NCBI GenBank assembly: GCA_951406725.2
Contig: OX597831.1
Span: 48,980,001-49,044,000 of the forward strand
Length of the DNA: 64,000 bases
Direction of reading: 5' to 3'
From: Octopus vulgaris
Lineage: Eukaryota
The notes below the pieces were generated by a model that saw only the letters and a list, made by a program, of their open reading frames with translations, was not told the DNA's origin and did not search any database. Numbering within the stretch: the stretch's first letter is position 1; every line of letters starts with the position of its first letter. Shown one piece after another: positions 25,351-38,105 of this stretch. The translations under genes were made by a program, and so were the position numbers.

Positions 25351-26380
25351 GCCAACAAAAGGAAAAAATCCAACACCCCGGACTCCCCACCCCAAACAAA
25401 AAGAAAAATAAATGCAGACGAACAACACAAAAAAATTTTCCAAACCCACCCTGCTGGTACTACGTTTGTAGGACAGCATTTCATTAAACTCCAACCCCCA
25501 ACTTTAAAAGGTTTTAAAAAAACAGATAAGTGTATAGCATATAATGCGAAAAATGAGAGAGTGGTGTGGTTTATAAAAGCAAGATCTCACATCAAATGTT
25601 TTAAAACCACAAAAAAAGACCCTGAATGGAAATACGCAACGGTCGGCGAGGAAGAGAGACTCTTCCAACTGCATGTGAAGGACAATCTCATCAAAGATGT
25701 CACCCAGGAGGTGATGGCTGGGAAAGTGCACATCAGCCCGGCAGCCACTCCATCCCAGAGCCCGGTGGCAACGCCGGTGAAATGCCCAGCAACAACGGAG
25801 AGTGTGGGGGAGGCAGGCAGACATAAGCTGCCATGCTCCCTCTCACAACCGTAAGTAGAAAACTTTCTTCTTTCATTGATGATTAAGTTGGGCTGTATAA
25901 ATATGCGTGGAATGGGGTCGAAATGGAAACAGGCCTGTTTGCTGAACGACCTCACGACACACAGAATAGATGTAGCCATTGTCACCGAGGCCAAGATGAG
26001 AGGACTACAAGCGTTCTCGCCTCTTCTGAATGGTTACGAGAAATTTATTTCTCCTAGCCGAGGAGGAAGTGCAGGCGTGGCAGTCCTTATCAGGAAGAAC
26101 TTGGACTTACAGGTAAGTACTGTCTTTCTGGAACCAGAAGGCAGGATGGTTGTACTAGATGTGACTCATATGAGTAAACAGTCCTTCAGGTTGGTAGCTG
26201 TCCATGCCCCTAAGGAATGTAGGCAGTCTGGTTTTTACCGGGACCTGGAGCACTTTCTATTGGCGTCTAAAACGTTAGTTTTGGTAGGGGACATCAATAC
26301 TATCCTTGATGCACGGGTCGATAGTGTGGGCTCAACTGATAGGAAAGAGAATCCTTGCCTCAAGGGTCTACTAAGATAGA
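25351..26380 (+). mobile_element. Tx1 copy C fragment (ORF1 C-terminus and APE)
   Basis: TPDSPP..LPCSLSQP stop, then MIKLGCINMRG. Confidence 0.85.
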
Positions 26381-28675
26381 ACCACCACCAGAAACATTAA
26401 ATGCTATCCGCGAAAAAATTGTAGTGTACAAAATTTACAATTTAAAGGAAAAAAAATCAGTGATGTAAAATACGAAGTAATCAAAAGGTGCTTGGCACTG
26501 ATATGGGGAAAAATACATTACGTTAGCTGAGGAGTGAGAAGTGCAACAATTGAAGCTCATTTCAACTCGGCTAGTGTAGCAAAGGAAGTTTCAACGCAAA
26601 CGTTGAAAAACGAACTAATTATGCTGCTGCCCACTTACTTGGACCGCAGAACGGCTAAAATAACAGTCGAAGACATTCCAGTCGGTTTTGACATGATGCG
26701 AGTGGCTGTGATTTTCGACGTGGAGCAGAAGATAACGATATTGAGCATGAAGAAAAAAGAACCGGACAATTGGAAGGGACAAATTCTTGAAATGGTCGTC
26801 CAAGCGGAAAATTCAACACTTGAAAATTTGCCAGATAGGGTTTTCGTGGGGGAGGGGCACACCATCCGTGTAGCGGTGGAGGGACGTAGGCCTAGGTGCG
26901 TCAAGTGCGGGCAAAAGGGCCACGTTCGCTCTGCCTGTATTAAGAAAAAAACGGGTGACGCCCTTCCTCCAAGTGCTGTGAAAATCACAGAAGATAAAAA
27001 ATAAAACTGTAATGACTAAAGAAACCAAAGGAAAGAAACAAAGCGAAAACGAAAAGGAGGAAAATAAAGAAAAACAAAAAGGAGAGGAAGATAAACAAAC
27101 AGAATCTGAAGAAATGGAGTATACAACTGTCACAAATAAAAGGAAGAAAACTCATACCCTGGACTCTCCACCCTAAACAAAAAAGAAAAATAATACAGAT
27201 GAACAAAATAAAAAAAAAATTCCCCAATGGCACTACTTTAATTGGCCAGCGATTCACCATACCCCACCCTCCAACATTCAAAGGTCTTAAAAAAACGGAC
27301 AGAATAGTTATGTACAATGTGAAAAACAAGAAGGTGATTCATTTAATCAAAGCCCACCTGCGTATAAAATCTTTTAAAAGTGCTGACAACGAAACTGATT
27401 TTCGTTACGCGAAGGTCGGTGAGGAGGAGTGGAGAGAGAAGCTCCTCCAAGACCACATAAAAGAGAACCAAATAAGAGACGTTACACAGGATGTGATAGC
27501 TGGCAAACTAATCATCAACCCGGCAGCCACTCCTACCCAGAGCCCGGTGGCAAGCCCAAGAAAGAGCCCAGCTGAAGCGGAAAGCGTGAGGGAAGCTGGC
27601 AAACAAAAAGTGCCATGCTCCCTCTCACAACCGTAAGTGACTTCTTTTATTTTTTTCTATGATTAAATTGGGTAGTTTGAATGTGCGTGGAATGGGGTCG
27701 AAATGGAAACAGGCTTGTTTGCTGGACGGCCTCATTTCACATAGAAGAGATGTGGCTGTGATCACTGAGTCCAAGATGAGGGGACCTGAAGCGTTCTCAC
27801 CCCTCCTCAATGAGAGGCTGGATGCTGTGAGGGCCCAATCACTCCCGCAGAGGTAACAGAGGTGCTGGTCGAATGCGCAGGAGAAAAGTCTCTGGGACTG
27901 GATGGTCTGCCATACGAGTTTTATCATTCAATGCCGGACATGTTTGGAGAATTTATATCCAGTGTCTATGCAAACTGACAGCAGAACAGGAGAATTCCCA
28001 GTACAGTGAGACGGGGAGTTGTGATGCTGGTCCAGAAAAACCCAAGCAAGGGGGATAATATCAGTAACTACAGGCCCATAACTCTACTTAATGTAGAGTT
28101 AAAGATTTTGGTCAAGGTGTTAGCAAAAAGGTTGACGGTTGTCATGGAGAAGCTTGTCGGGAAGGCACAGACTTGTGCAATCCCAGGCAGGTCGATCCAG
28201 GACTAACTTCATCTTCTCCACTACACCTTAGAGAGGGCAAAGGAGGAGGGGCATTGATGCACTTGGACCAGAGTAAAGCATTCGATACGATAGACCACCG
28301 GTACCTGGGGTCAGTCCTCGATGTGGTTGGGCTAGGCCCTGGTTTTCGCGGGTGGATCGCCACAATGTATAGTGGCATCAAGTCCACCTTCCAGATAAAC
28401 GGTAACCTAACGGAGCCGTTTTCAATTAAGCGGTCTGTTCGTCAAGGGTGCCCCTTGTCTCTGATACTGTATGTTTTGACCCTGGAGCCATTGCTGAAGA
28501 GGCTGGAGAAGTTAGGTGGCAACCCTAATGAGATTGGATGTGGTAGGTTCACTACTGCTTATGCGGACGACGTTACTCATCGTGTCTAAAGAAGCACAAC
28601 TACTTTGTGTAGAAGATGCTCTCCAAAGATACAAAGCGGTAGCAGGGGCAAAAGTTAACAAGGACAAGTCCATTG
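26381..28675 (+). mobile_element. Tx1 copy D fragment (ORF1, deleted ORF2 with RT core)
   Basis: CVKCGQKGHVRSAC; NYRPITLLN, DQSKAFD, VRQGCPLS, AYADD. Confidence 0.85.
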
Positions 28676-30975
28676 GTTATTTGTGAAAAATTTCTTTTTT
28701 CTTGTCATTTGTGACAAGTTCCTTGTTAACGTCAAAAACAGATTTTCCCGAGATGGGAGAAGGTAAAAAATGGCTACACAGGCGAAGTAAAGTTTTTCTG
28801 ACAGCGTAGGCGGCAGTAGAACTGGAAGAGGCAATGGAAAAGCTCTTCCAGTTCAGAAAATTAATTAAAAAAACCAGTGAGGAAACGAGATTGATACCAC
28901 CCCCTGAAACCATGCAAGCAATCCGCGAGAAGACGGTGATCTACAAAGCGTACAATATAAAAGAGAAAAAAATAGCAGACGTAAAAAATGAAATAGAACG
29001 TTGTATGGCGCCAATTTGGAATAAGGTTCACTACGTTAGCCGAGGAGTGAGAAGCACTACGATAGAAACACATTTCGAGTTGGCTAATGTAGCAAAAGAA
29101 ATTTCAACACAAACATTGAAAAGTAAACACATCCTGCTGCTGCCCACTTACTTAGGTCGCAGAACAGCAAAAGTTACAATAGAGGACATACCCAGTGGTT
29201 ATGAAGTAATGTGGGCAGTAACAGCAGTCATTTTCGACGTAGAGGAAAAATTGACCATTTTGAGCATGAGGAAGAAAGAGGCGAGAAATTAGAAAGGCCA
29301 ACAACTTGAGATGATTATTCAAGCGGACAATTCTACGCTGGAAAGTTTGCCAGACAGGGTCTTCATGGGGGAGGGGCATACTATACATGTATCGGTAGAG
29401 GGACGTAGACCCAGATGTTTCAAGTACAGACAGAAGGGTCATAATTGCTCAGAATGCACAAAGAAAAAAACGGTTAATGCCCCTTCTCAAAACACAGAAA
29501 CAACAAAAGAAAGCACGGGAAAAAAACAAACTGAAATTCAAAAGAAGGAAAAGAAAAAGAATGAAAAACAGGAAGAAATGGAATACACAACAGTGGCAAA
29601 CAAAAGGGAAAAATCCAACACCCCGGACTCCCCACCCCAAACAAAAAAAAATAAATGCAGATGAACAACACAAAAAAAATCTCCAATCCCACCCCGCTGG
29701 TACTACATTTGTAGGACAGCATTTCAATAAACCCTACCCCCAACTTTAAAAGGTTTTAAGAAAACCGATAAATGTATAGCATATAATGCGAAAAATGAGA
29801 GAGTGGTGTGGTTTATAAAAGCAAGATCTCACATCAAATGTTTTAAAACTACAGAGAAAGACCCTGAATGGAAATACGCAAAGGTCGGCGAGGAGGAGTG
29901 GAAGGAGAGAGTCTTCCAACAGCATGTGAAGGACAATCTAATCAAAGATATCACCCGGGAGGTGATAGCTAGGAAAGTGCAAATCAGCCCGGCAGCCACT
30001 CCATCCCAGAGCCTGGTGGCAACGCCGGTTAAATGCCCAGCAACTACGGAGAGTGTGGGGGAGGCAGGCAAACATAAGCTACCATGCTCCCTCTCACAAC
30101 CGTAAGTAGAAAACTTTCTTCTTTCATTGATGATTAAGTTGGGCTGTCTAAATGTGCATTAATGGGGTCGAAATGGAAACAGGCCTGTTTGCTGAACGAC
30201 CTCACGACACACAGAATAGATGTAGCCATTGTCACCGTGTCCAAGATGAGAGGACCCCAAACATTCTCGTCTCTTCTCAATGGTTACGAGAAATTTATTT
30301 CTCCTAGCCGAGGAGGAGGTGCAGGCATGACAGTCCTTATCAGGAAGGACTTGGACTTACAGGTAAGTACTGTCTTCTTGGACCCAGAAGGTAGGCAGGT
30401 TGTCCTGGATGTAACTCACGTGAGTAAGCAGTCCTTCAGGTTGGTAGCTGTTTATGTTCCTAATGAGTGTAGGCAGACTGGTTTTTATCGGAACCTGGAG
30501 CACTTTCTAGTGATTTCTAAAATGGTAGCCTTGTTAGGGGACTTCAACACTATCCTCGATGCACAGGTTGATAGTGTTGGCCCGACTGATAGAAAAGGAA
30601 TCCTTGCCTCAAGGCTCTACCAGCGAGCTTTACTCTAGTAGATCGTTTTCGACTGGATGAGCCAAACGTTGCACAGTGGGCGTGGAGTAACAATGACGGC
30701 TCACGCAGATCGTATATAGATAGGGTATTTGTTAAAGAACGAGATAGGAATAGCGTTAGCTGTCCACAATATTCTGTCGTGCCTTACACGGATCACAAAC
30801 TTGTGACATGTGAGGTACATGTAGATAAATGCCATAGACATGGTCCAGGGTACTGGAAAATGAACAAGTCTATTTTGACCTGTGAAGCTTTTTGTACCCG
30901 GATTAAGGAATTATTCCAGAGGGCATTATGTGGCACCATCGTTAATAATAGATGGTAGCTCGCCCTAAAGATTTT
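28676..30975 (+). mobile_element. Tx1 copy E (ORF1, APE, joined by deletion to the terminal TAAAGATTTT)
   Basis: ORF1/ORF2 homology to copy A; last 10 nt identical to the copy A terminus. Confidence 0.85.
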
Positions 30976-30992
30976 ATACTTACCTGGCACAG
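30976..30992 (+). other. U1 5'-end 17-mer at a Tx1-Tx1 junction (degenerate equivalent at 22714-22728)
   Basis: ATACTTACCTGGCACAG is identical to nt 1-17 of U1 copies 2 and 4. Confidence 0.85.
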
Positions 30993-33900
30993 ATTTTTCC
31001 TCGGATTACGTCGGATTATTTTACGCTGAAAGCTGTTATGTTAGTTCGTTCTGTTCTGGATTTACACGTACAATTTTTGGATTATTAACTTGTGGAACAA
31101 AGTAATTTTCACCCTTCGGGGTAGAAAATTTCTTTTTATATATGAACTATTAACTCAGTGTGGAATTAACTTTTATCTTGTCACTTGGATTTCAATATGG
31201 ATCTTGACTTAACGTCAAATTCTGATTTTCCCGAGATGGGAGAAGTTATAAATAATGGAAAGCAAAAGGATACAAAGGAGAAACAAAGTTTTTCGGAAGC
31301 CATTGGAGGCAATGTTATAGAACTGGAAGTAGCAATGGGGGATCTCTTTCAGTTCAGAAAGTTAATACAAAGGTATGGAGAAGAAACAAGATTTATACCG
31401 CCCCCTGAAACTTTACAAGCAATCCGTGAGAAGACGGTAATTTACAAAGTATATAACATTAAGGAAAAAAAATAGCGGATGTAAAAAATGAATTGGTAGA
31501 ACGGTGTATGGCGCCAATTTGGAACAAGGTTCGCTATGTTGGCCGAGGAGTGAGAAGTGCTACGATTGAAGTGCATTTCGAGTTGGCTAGCATAGCGAAG
31601 GAAATTTCAACTCAAACGTTGAAAAGTGTAGACATCCTGTTGCTGCCCACGTACTTAGACCGCAGAACAGCTAAGGTAACAATAGAGGATATACCAACAG
31701 GTTACGATGTAATGTGGGCAGCAACAACATTCATATTCGACGTAGAGGAGAAATTGAACATTTTAAACATGAGGATGAAAGAGGCAAAATTTTGGAAAGG
31801 CCAGCAGCTTGAAATGATCGTTCAAGCAGACAATGCAACGCTGGAGAGCTTGCCAGACAGGGTCTTCGTGGGGGATGGACACTATGCGGATATCAGTGGA
31901 GGGACGTAGGCCCAGATGTTTCAAATGTGGGCAGAAGGGTCACGTTCGTCCAGAGTGCAAAAAGAAAAAACCCGTTAATGCCCCCCTTCAAATGGCTGTG
32001 GAGAACAAAGCAGACATCACAGCAACAACAAAAGAGAACACCCGGAAAAAGCAAAATGAAAGTCAAAAGGAGGAAAAGAAAATGAATGGAAAACAAAACG
32101 AAAACGAATAGGAGGTGGAAAATGATTTATCAAATAGAAAAGAACTGGAAGTAATGGAATATACGACTGTAACCAACAAAAGGAAGAAATCCAATACCCC
32201 GGACTCCCCACCCCAAACAAAAAGAAAAACAAACGCAGAATAACAAAAAAATTATCCAATCCCACCCCGCTGGCACTACTTTTGTAGGCCAGCATTTCAT
32301 TAAACCCCAGCCCCCAACTTTAAAAGGATTCAAAAAAACAGATAGGTGCATTGCTTATAATGCAAAAAACGAGAGAGTAGTTTGGTTCATAAAGGCGAAA
32401 TTAAACAAAATGTTTCAAATCATCGGAAAAAGACCTGAATTAGAGGTATGCGAAGGTTGGAGAGGAGGAGTGGAAGGAGAGACCCTTCCGACTACACGTG
32501 AAGGACAACCTGATTAAAGATGTCACACAAGAGGTGATAGCTGGAAAATTGAATATTAGCCCAGCAGCCACACCAACCCAGAGCCCGGCAGCAACGCCGG
32601 TTAAATGTCCAGCAACAACGGAGAGTGTGGGGGAGGCAGGCAGACATAAGTTGCCATGCTCCCTCTCACAACCATAAGTAACAAACTTTCTTCATTCATC
32701 GATGATTAAGTTGGGCTGTATAAATGTGCGTGGAATGGGGTCGAAATGGAAACAGGCTTGTTTGCTGAACGACCTCATGACGCACAGAATAGATGTAGCC
32801 ATTGTCACCGAGTCCAAGATGAGAGGAACCCAAGCGCTCTCGCATCTTCTCAATGGTTACGAGAAATTTATTTCTCCTAGCCGAGGAGGAAGTGCAGGCG
32901 TGGCAGTCCTTATCAGGAAGGACTTGGACTTGCAGGTAAGTACTGTCTTTCTGGACCCAGAAGGTAGGCTGGTTGTCCTCGATGTAACTCACGTGAGTAA
33001 GCATTTCTTCAGGTTGGTAGCTGTTTATGCTCTTAATGAGGGTAGGCAGACTGGTTTTTATCGGAACTTGGAGCACTTTCTAGTGACGTCTAAAACGGTA
33101 GTATTGGTAGGGGATTTCAACACTATCATCGATGCGTGGATCGATAGTGTGGGCTCGTCTGTTTTTTGACGTCGGTTGTGTTTTTTTACGCTCTGTAAAA
33201 TTCGGTAAAAAAGAAAAAAGAACAAAAAGTGAATTGTTGTTGTTGTCGTGGAATTTGAACGTCGGTTGGTGCGGTTTTGCGTCGCACTGGTTCTGTGTGT
33301 CGCACTGTTTCTGTTTGGGAGGCCGTTTTTCGGTCTGAGGCAACTATGAGCCGCCTCTACCAAACGGATGAGATGGAAGGGAGAAATTTCTCTGAAATTT
33401 CGTCGACATCTGAGGAGGAGTTGGAGAGAGCGGTGGAAAAGATGGAAAGCACCTACGCAGGAATAACGAAGAAGTCAACAGAAAAAGAGATAGACCTGGC
33501 TAAGTTGCCGGGCTTCCATGAGTTTATGAAGGAGGAGGAGAACGGAGAGGTCGAGCTGTTGCCTCCAGCAGGGCGCGGAGACTGGTTCAATCGTAGAACC
33601 ATTAAATATAAAGTATATATGAATGGAGGAAGAAAAATGGAAGTGATTAATATGGAAGCAATTGAAGAGGCTCTGAAGCAGACAGGAGAGGAAATCGTGT
33701 ACATGACAAGAGGATTAGAATATGGAACTATAATGGCACAATTTAGAAGCGAGAAAGTTGCCAGGAATATAGCAGCCAAGGTGGTGAGGACGGAAAAAAT
33801 TCACTTGTTCCCCTCGTATTTAAATAGCAGGACCACCAGAATTAGGGTGGAGGGAATACCTCCACACCTAGAGGGCGAATTTATAACGGCTGCGGTAATC

Positions 33901-36332
33901 AAAGGAAACGAAGATAAAGTGGACATCCTCCACGCCATTATGAAATATGAAGGCGTGAGAGGTGCCACATTAGAAATGAACATACAGACGGAGGCGGAAG
34001 TAATAGAAAAGCTGACGGACAGTATAAAAACTGGGAATATTATTATGAGAGTGTGGGTGGAGGGTAGGGCGCCCAGGTGCTATAAGTGTGGCCTGAGGGG
34101 TCACATAAGAGCCTACTGCCCTCCCCCACCAAAGGAAAAGGAAATCGCGGCGGAAGCCCCAAAAGAGGAAGAAACTAAAGAGAACCAAACAGAAAAGGAA
34201 ACGACAGAAGAGGAGATGCAGCAAGAGTGGGAAGAAGGCAGAAAGAGAAAAAGAAAAACTGTGCGAAGCCCCAACCCACCCCAACACCACCCACACCCTT
34301 GGAGTCCCATCCTTCCCCTGCAAACAGTGATTCCACCCACTCCCCGCCTACAAGAAAAACAAAAACAGACACACAGAACAAAGAAAGTCCCAAGACCCAC
34401 TTTTTATGTGTTATAAATGGGAAAGTCACACAAAACGCAAAAGGGGTGTTAAGCAATTGGTACGAACATGAAGATTGTAATTACACGGCTGTGGATGGTG
34501 ATGATATGGGCTTATTGGTGAGAAGGTTTGAGGAAGAGGGTGTGTGTTGGAAGTCAGTGCAAATGAAGGATGAATTGATAGAGAGGGCTGAAAGAAAAAT
34601 GAACGTTGTGATAGGTAAGCAAGGAATGCTAATTGGAAATGGGTGAAAGGACAGGTAAATGATGCTGACGGATGGGGCCGTTGGCATCGCTTTCATATAT
34701 CATTTTGCCCATATATATGTAATTGTGATGTTCTATGTCCCCAATGTTTGTAACGTCCCCTCTATGTAGCCCCTAGTGGGTAATAAAAAATCACTGATAG
34801 AAGAGGGAATCCTTGCCTCAAGGGTCGACTGACGAGCTTTAATCTAGTAGATCGGTTTCGAATGGATGAGCCGAGCATTCCACAGTGGACGTGGAGTAAC
34901 AATGATGGCTCACGCAGATCGTATATAGATAGGGTATTTGTTAAAGAACGAGATAGGAATAGTATTAGCTGTCCACAATTTTGTATTGTGCCTTACACGG
35001 ATCACAAACTAGTGACGTGTGAGGTACATGTAGATAGATGCCATAGACAGGGACCCGGGTACTGGAAAATGAACAAGTCTATTTTGGCTTGTGAAGCTTT
35101 CCGTAACCAGATTATGGAATTAGTCCAGAGGGCATTATGTTGAACCATCATTAATAATAGATGGTGGATCGCCCTCAAAAGAGCCATCCGTTTGGAGTCC
35201 ATTAGATTTAGCAAGCAGCTAGTTTAGATAGGACTAGAATAGAGGGCGAATTAGTTAAGAACTTAGACGAGGCAATGGAATCTGGCTGTACATCTGGATT
35301 GTTGGCAGCGAGAACGGTCTTGTACCATCACCTCAGCACCAAGCATGAGGGGTGTAGAGTCAGAGCTAAGCTACATGCAGGGAAACGAGAAGGTATTAAC
35401 GATGCCGGATGGGCCCGTCGTGAGGAGAGTCAGAAGGGCAAAAAGTCCTCTATTAAGTCTTTAACTGACGAACAGGGTCGCAAAATCTATGGACAGGAGG
35501 AGATGCAGAAGGTCTTTCACCAGCATTTCGCCCGGTTGTTTGGGGATGGCAGGTCTTAAAGGACTTCCTAGCCAGTGGGCCTCGATTCTCGGCATGTGAG
35601 GTGGAATGTTGTGAAGGATCGATCACTCCCATGGAGGTAAGAGAGGTTTTGGCCAAATGCGCCGGGGCTGGATGGTCTGCCCTATGAGTTCTATTGTTGT
35701 ATGCCGCACTGGTTCAGGGATATACTGGCAGGCGTCTATGCAAGCTGGCAACAGAATGGGAGGATCCCCAGTTCTGTGAGCCAGGGAGTTGTGATGCTGG
35801 TCCAGAAAGACCCGAGCAAGGGGTATAGTATTAGTAATTATAGGCCCATAACTCTACTTAATGTAGAGTTAAAGATTTTGGCCAAGGTGTTAGTAAAAAG
35901 GCTTACAGCTGTCGTGGAGAAACTTGTCAGGAAGGCACAGACATGTGCAATCCTAGGTTGGTCGATCGAGGATAATCTTCACCTTCTCCGCTACACTATA
36001 GACAGGTCTTAAAGGTCTGTTCGCGATAAGTTATCTAGGCACGGAATGTCAGTGCCACCAACGTGTCCAAGATGTGGGTTGGATGATGAAACCGTTCAAC
36101 ACGCTTTTGTACATTGTCGGGAGCTGTCAAGCTTGATAAGTTACGTAGAACACGTGTTGTCGCATCTGGGACGAGTACAGCTGTCAGCTGGATCTATGAT
36201 AAAGATGATACCGCCAACTGGACTCGCAAAGGAAGGTGAGGCTTGTTTTCACTGTACGGTGGCAGTACTGAAAGAGTGTGTGTAGAGAACCAGAATGGAA
36301 GGTTTGGTGACAGGATCCTTTGTCTCTGGCTC
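30993..36332 (+). mobile_element. Tx1 copy F (5'UTR, ORF1 ~31197-32676, ORF2 from 32702, interrupted)
   Basis: CFKCGQKGHVRPEC; APE split by an insertion; start of RT; C-terminal zinc finger. Confidence 0.85.
33157..34790 (+). mobile_element. ORF1-only non-autonomous retroelement inserted in the copy F endonuclease
   Basis: Host sequence GGGCTC|..ACTGATAG is split; ORF from ATG 33346 with CYKCGLRGHIRAYC, one apparent frameshift, stop 34646; ends AATAAAAAA; no ORF2. Confidence 0.8.
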
Positions 36333-36334
36333 AG

Positions 36335-37130
36335 TCTAAAGCTGACTCCCCCAGAAGAACTGTTGAAAAGCTTAGCGAAGAGGACAGTAGTATACAGAAC
36401 GTTGTCTACGTCCTCAAACAAAATAGAGTTAGCCCCAACAGAAGAAATACAGGAATCCCTCGTGAATTTTAACAACTGACCACATTCTATACGTGGAAAA
36501 AAGTATGGCTCAGTGGAAGTAATGTTTGGCAACGAAGATGCCATAAACCAATCCACAGACCTGTTACGGACAACGAAATGGATACTACTTCTGACGTACT
36601 GTGGCAAATGCGTTGCCAGAGTGAGAGTTGGAAGAGTGCCCCCCCAAAATCAAGGAAGAATGGTTGGTAGCAGCTATAATGCACAATATGAAGGATGGGG
36701 TAGAGATCCTCAAGATAACGAGGACCCCAAAGGCCAATTGGTGGGGATATAGCCTCAAAGTGACTATGTAGGTATCTTTGGAAGACTTGCATAGGTGTAC
36801 AGAAGAAAGGTGAGGAATTGCAGCTGAATAGATATACAGACAAGCAAGAATGCGAAAAAATACAGACAGTCGAATTACAGTGGAGAGGAAAACTAGAAGG
36901 GAATGGAAGACGGAAAAAACATCAAGGGAAACAGAAACATGAAGAAAAACAAAACGAGATAGGACGAAAAAAGGTAAGTACGATAAATTTGCAGAAAAAC
37001 AACGGGAAAAAAAAGAACATGAACATTGTAAATTATGTTAAACAAAAAGAAAATAATGAAAAAAGAACTGATGAATGGACAAGTATTTAGAGTTATAAAA
37101 AAAAAAAGAAAAAAGTTTAATTTTCTGTGG
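36335..37130 (+). pseudogene. Decayed Tx1-type ORF1 fragment of a different subfamily
   Basis: RGKKYGSVEV, ARVRVGRVPP, then a K/E-rich tract. Confidence 0.55.
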
Positions 37131-37199
37131 TAAAAGGACACATATGAACGGTTAAATTAAAGGAAAAATTAAAGGAAAGGTCACAGTTTCGCATAGTAG

Positions 37200-38105
37200 C
37201 AAAACTGAAGGATACTTGCTGAATCACATGATGAAAGGGAAGCATGTCTCGATGCCCAATGCAACAGAAATCAGGCAGCGAGACTTGCTGAATCACTTGA
37301 TCAAAGGGAGGCATGTCTTGCTGCCGAGCGCATTCAACCACAACCAGACTGCAGAGCAGAGACAAGCTAGACGGTCTACAGCGTGACGAAAACGCCAGCA
37401 ACACCAGGCTGCTAAGAGGGATGAGTTCTGGTACAGGGCTGCCTTCACCTACGATCCTGCTAAAAACTATGCCAACAAAGTGATAATCTGAAAGACGGAC
37501 AAAGTTTGTTCTTCCTCTGGGGCCAAAAAGTGGGATTTCGATGCTCCCGGACTTTGCTGCTCTAAAGGAAAAGTCCGACTTTCACCGCTAGCTGATCCAC
37601 CTCAGGTTCTTCGAGAATTGCTTACAAGTCCATCTGACGGTGCTAAGCATTTTCATGAAAGAATTAATAGGTTTAATTTGTGTATACCAGGTTTAAAGAA
37701 GACCACCAAAACCCAAATGTGCCAGGACCTTCAACTACTGCTTCGACATCAACTGAAAACCCCGATGTCCCCAGACCTTCATGGGCTGTTACGAGAACAA
37801 TGATCGAAAACCCTGATGTCCCCAGATCTTCATGGGCTGTCACGACACCAATAACTGAAAACCTCGATGTCCCTGGACATAATCCTCCGGCACTGCGATA
37901 AAGACATGACTTTTGTTTCCGAATTACACTGATGTTATGATTGCTTGCAGTGCCCTCTCCTTTTCCCTCAAGGAGAGGATGGCTACTGCTTACAAATTAA
38001 AAAGGTTGATCCCACAACTCACACACCTCTTGACAAGGTTTCCTGCAAGGCATTTTATACCTATCGACTCACGGTGCGAGAAAACGATTTTAATTTAGTA
38101 CTAAG
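37200..38105 (+). pseudogene. Helitron RepHel N-terminal fragment with ~57-bp tandem repeats (about 37705-37880)
   Basis: AKKW..PGLCCSKGKVRLSPLADPP; QCPLLFPQGEDGY; VSCKAFYTYRL; parallels ORF 40532-42172. Confidence 0.7.

Noticed and set aside
25851-25887. Mini-intron fusing ORF1 to ORF2 (GTAAGT...TTAAG)
   Set aside because: Only 37 nt, and splicing would put ORF2 out of frame.
37705-37880. Tandem ~57-bp units (also 63-bp units at about 49715-49840) as a CRISPR-like array
   Set aside because: No unique spacers; degenerate tandem repeats inside eukaryotic transposons.
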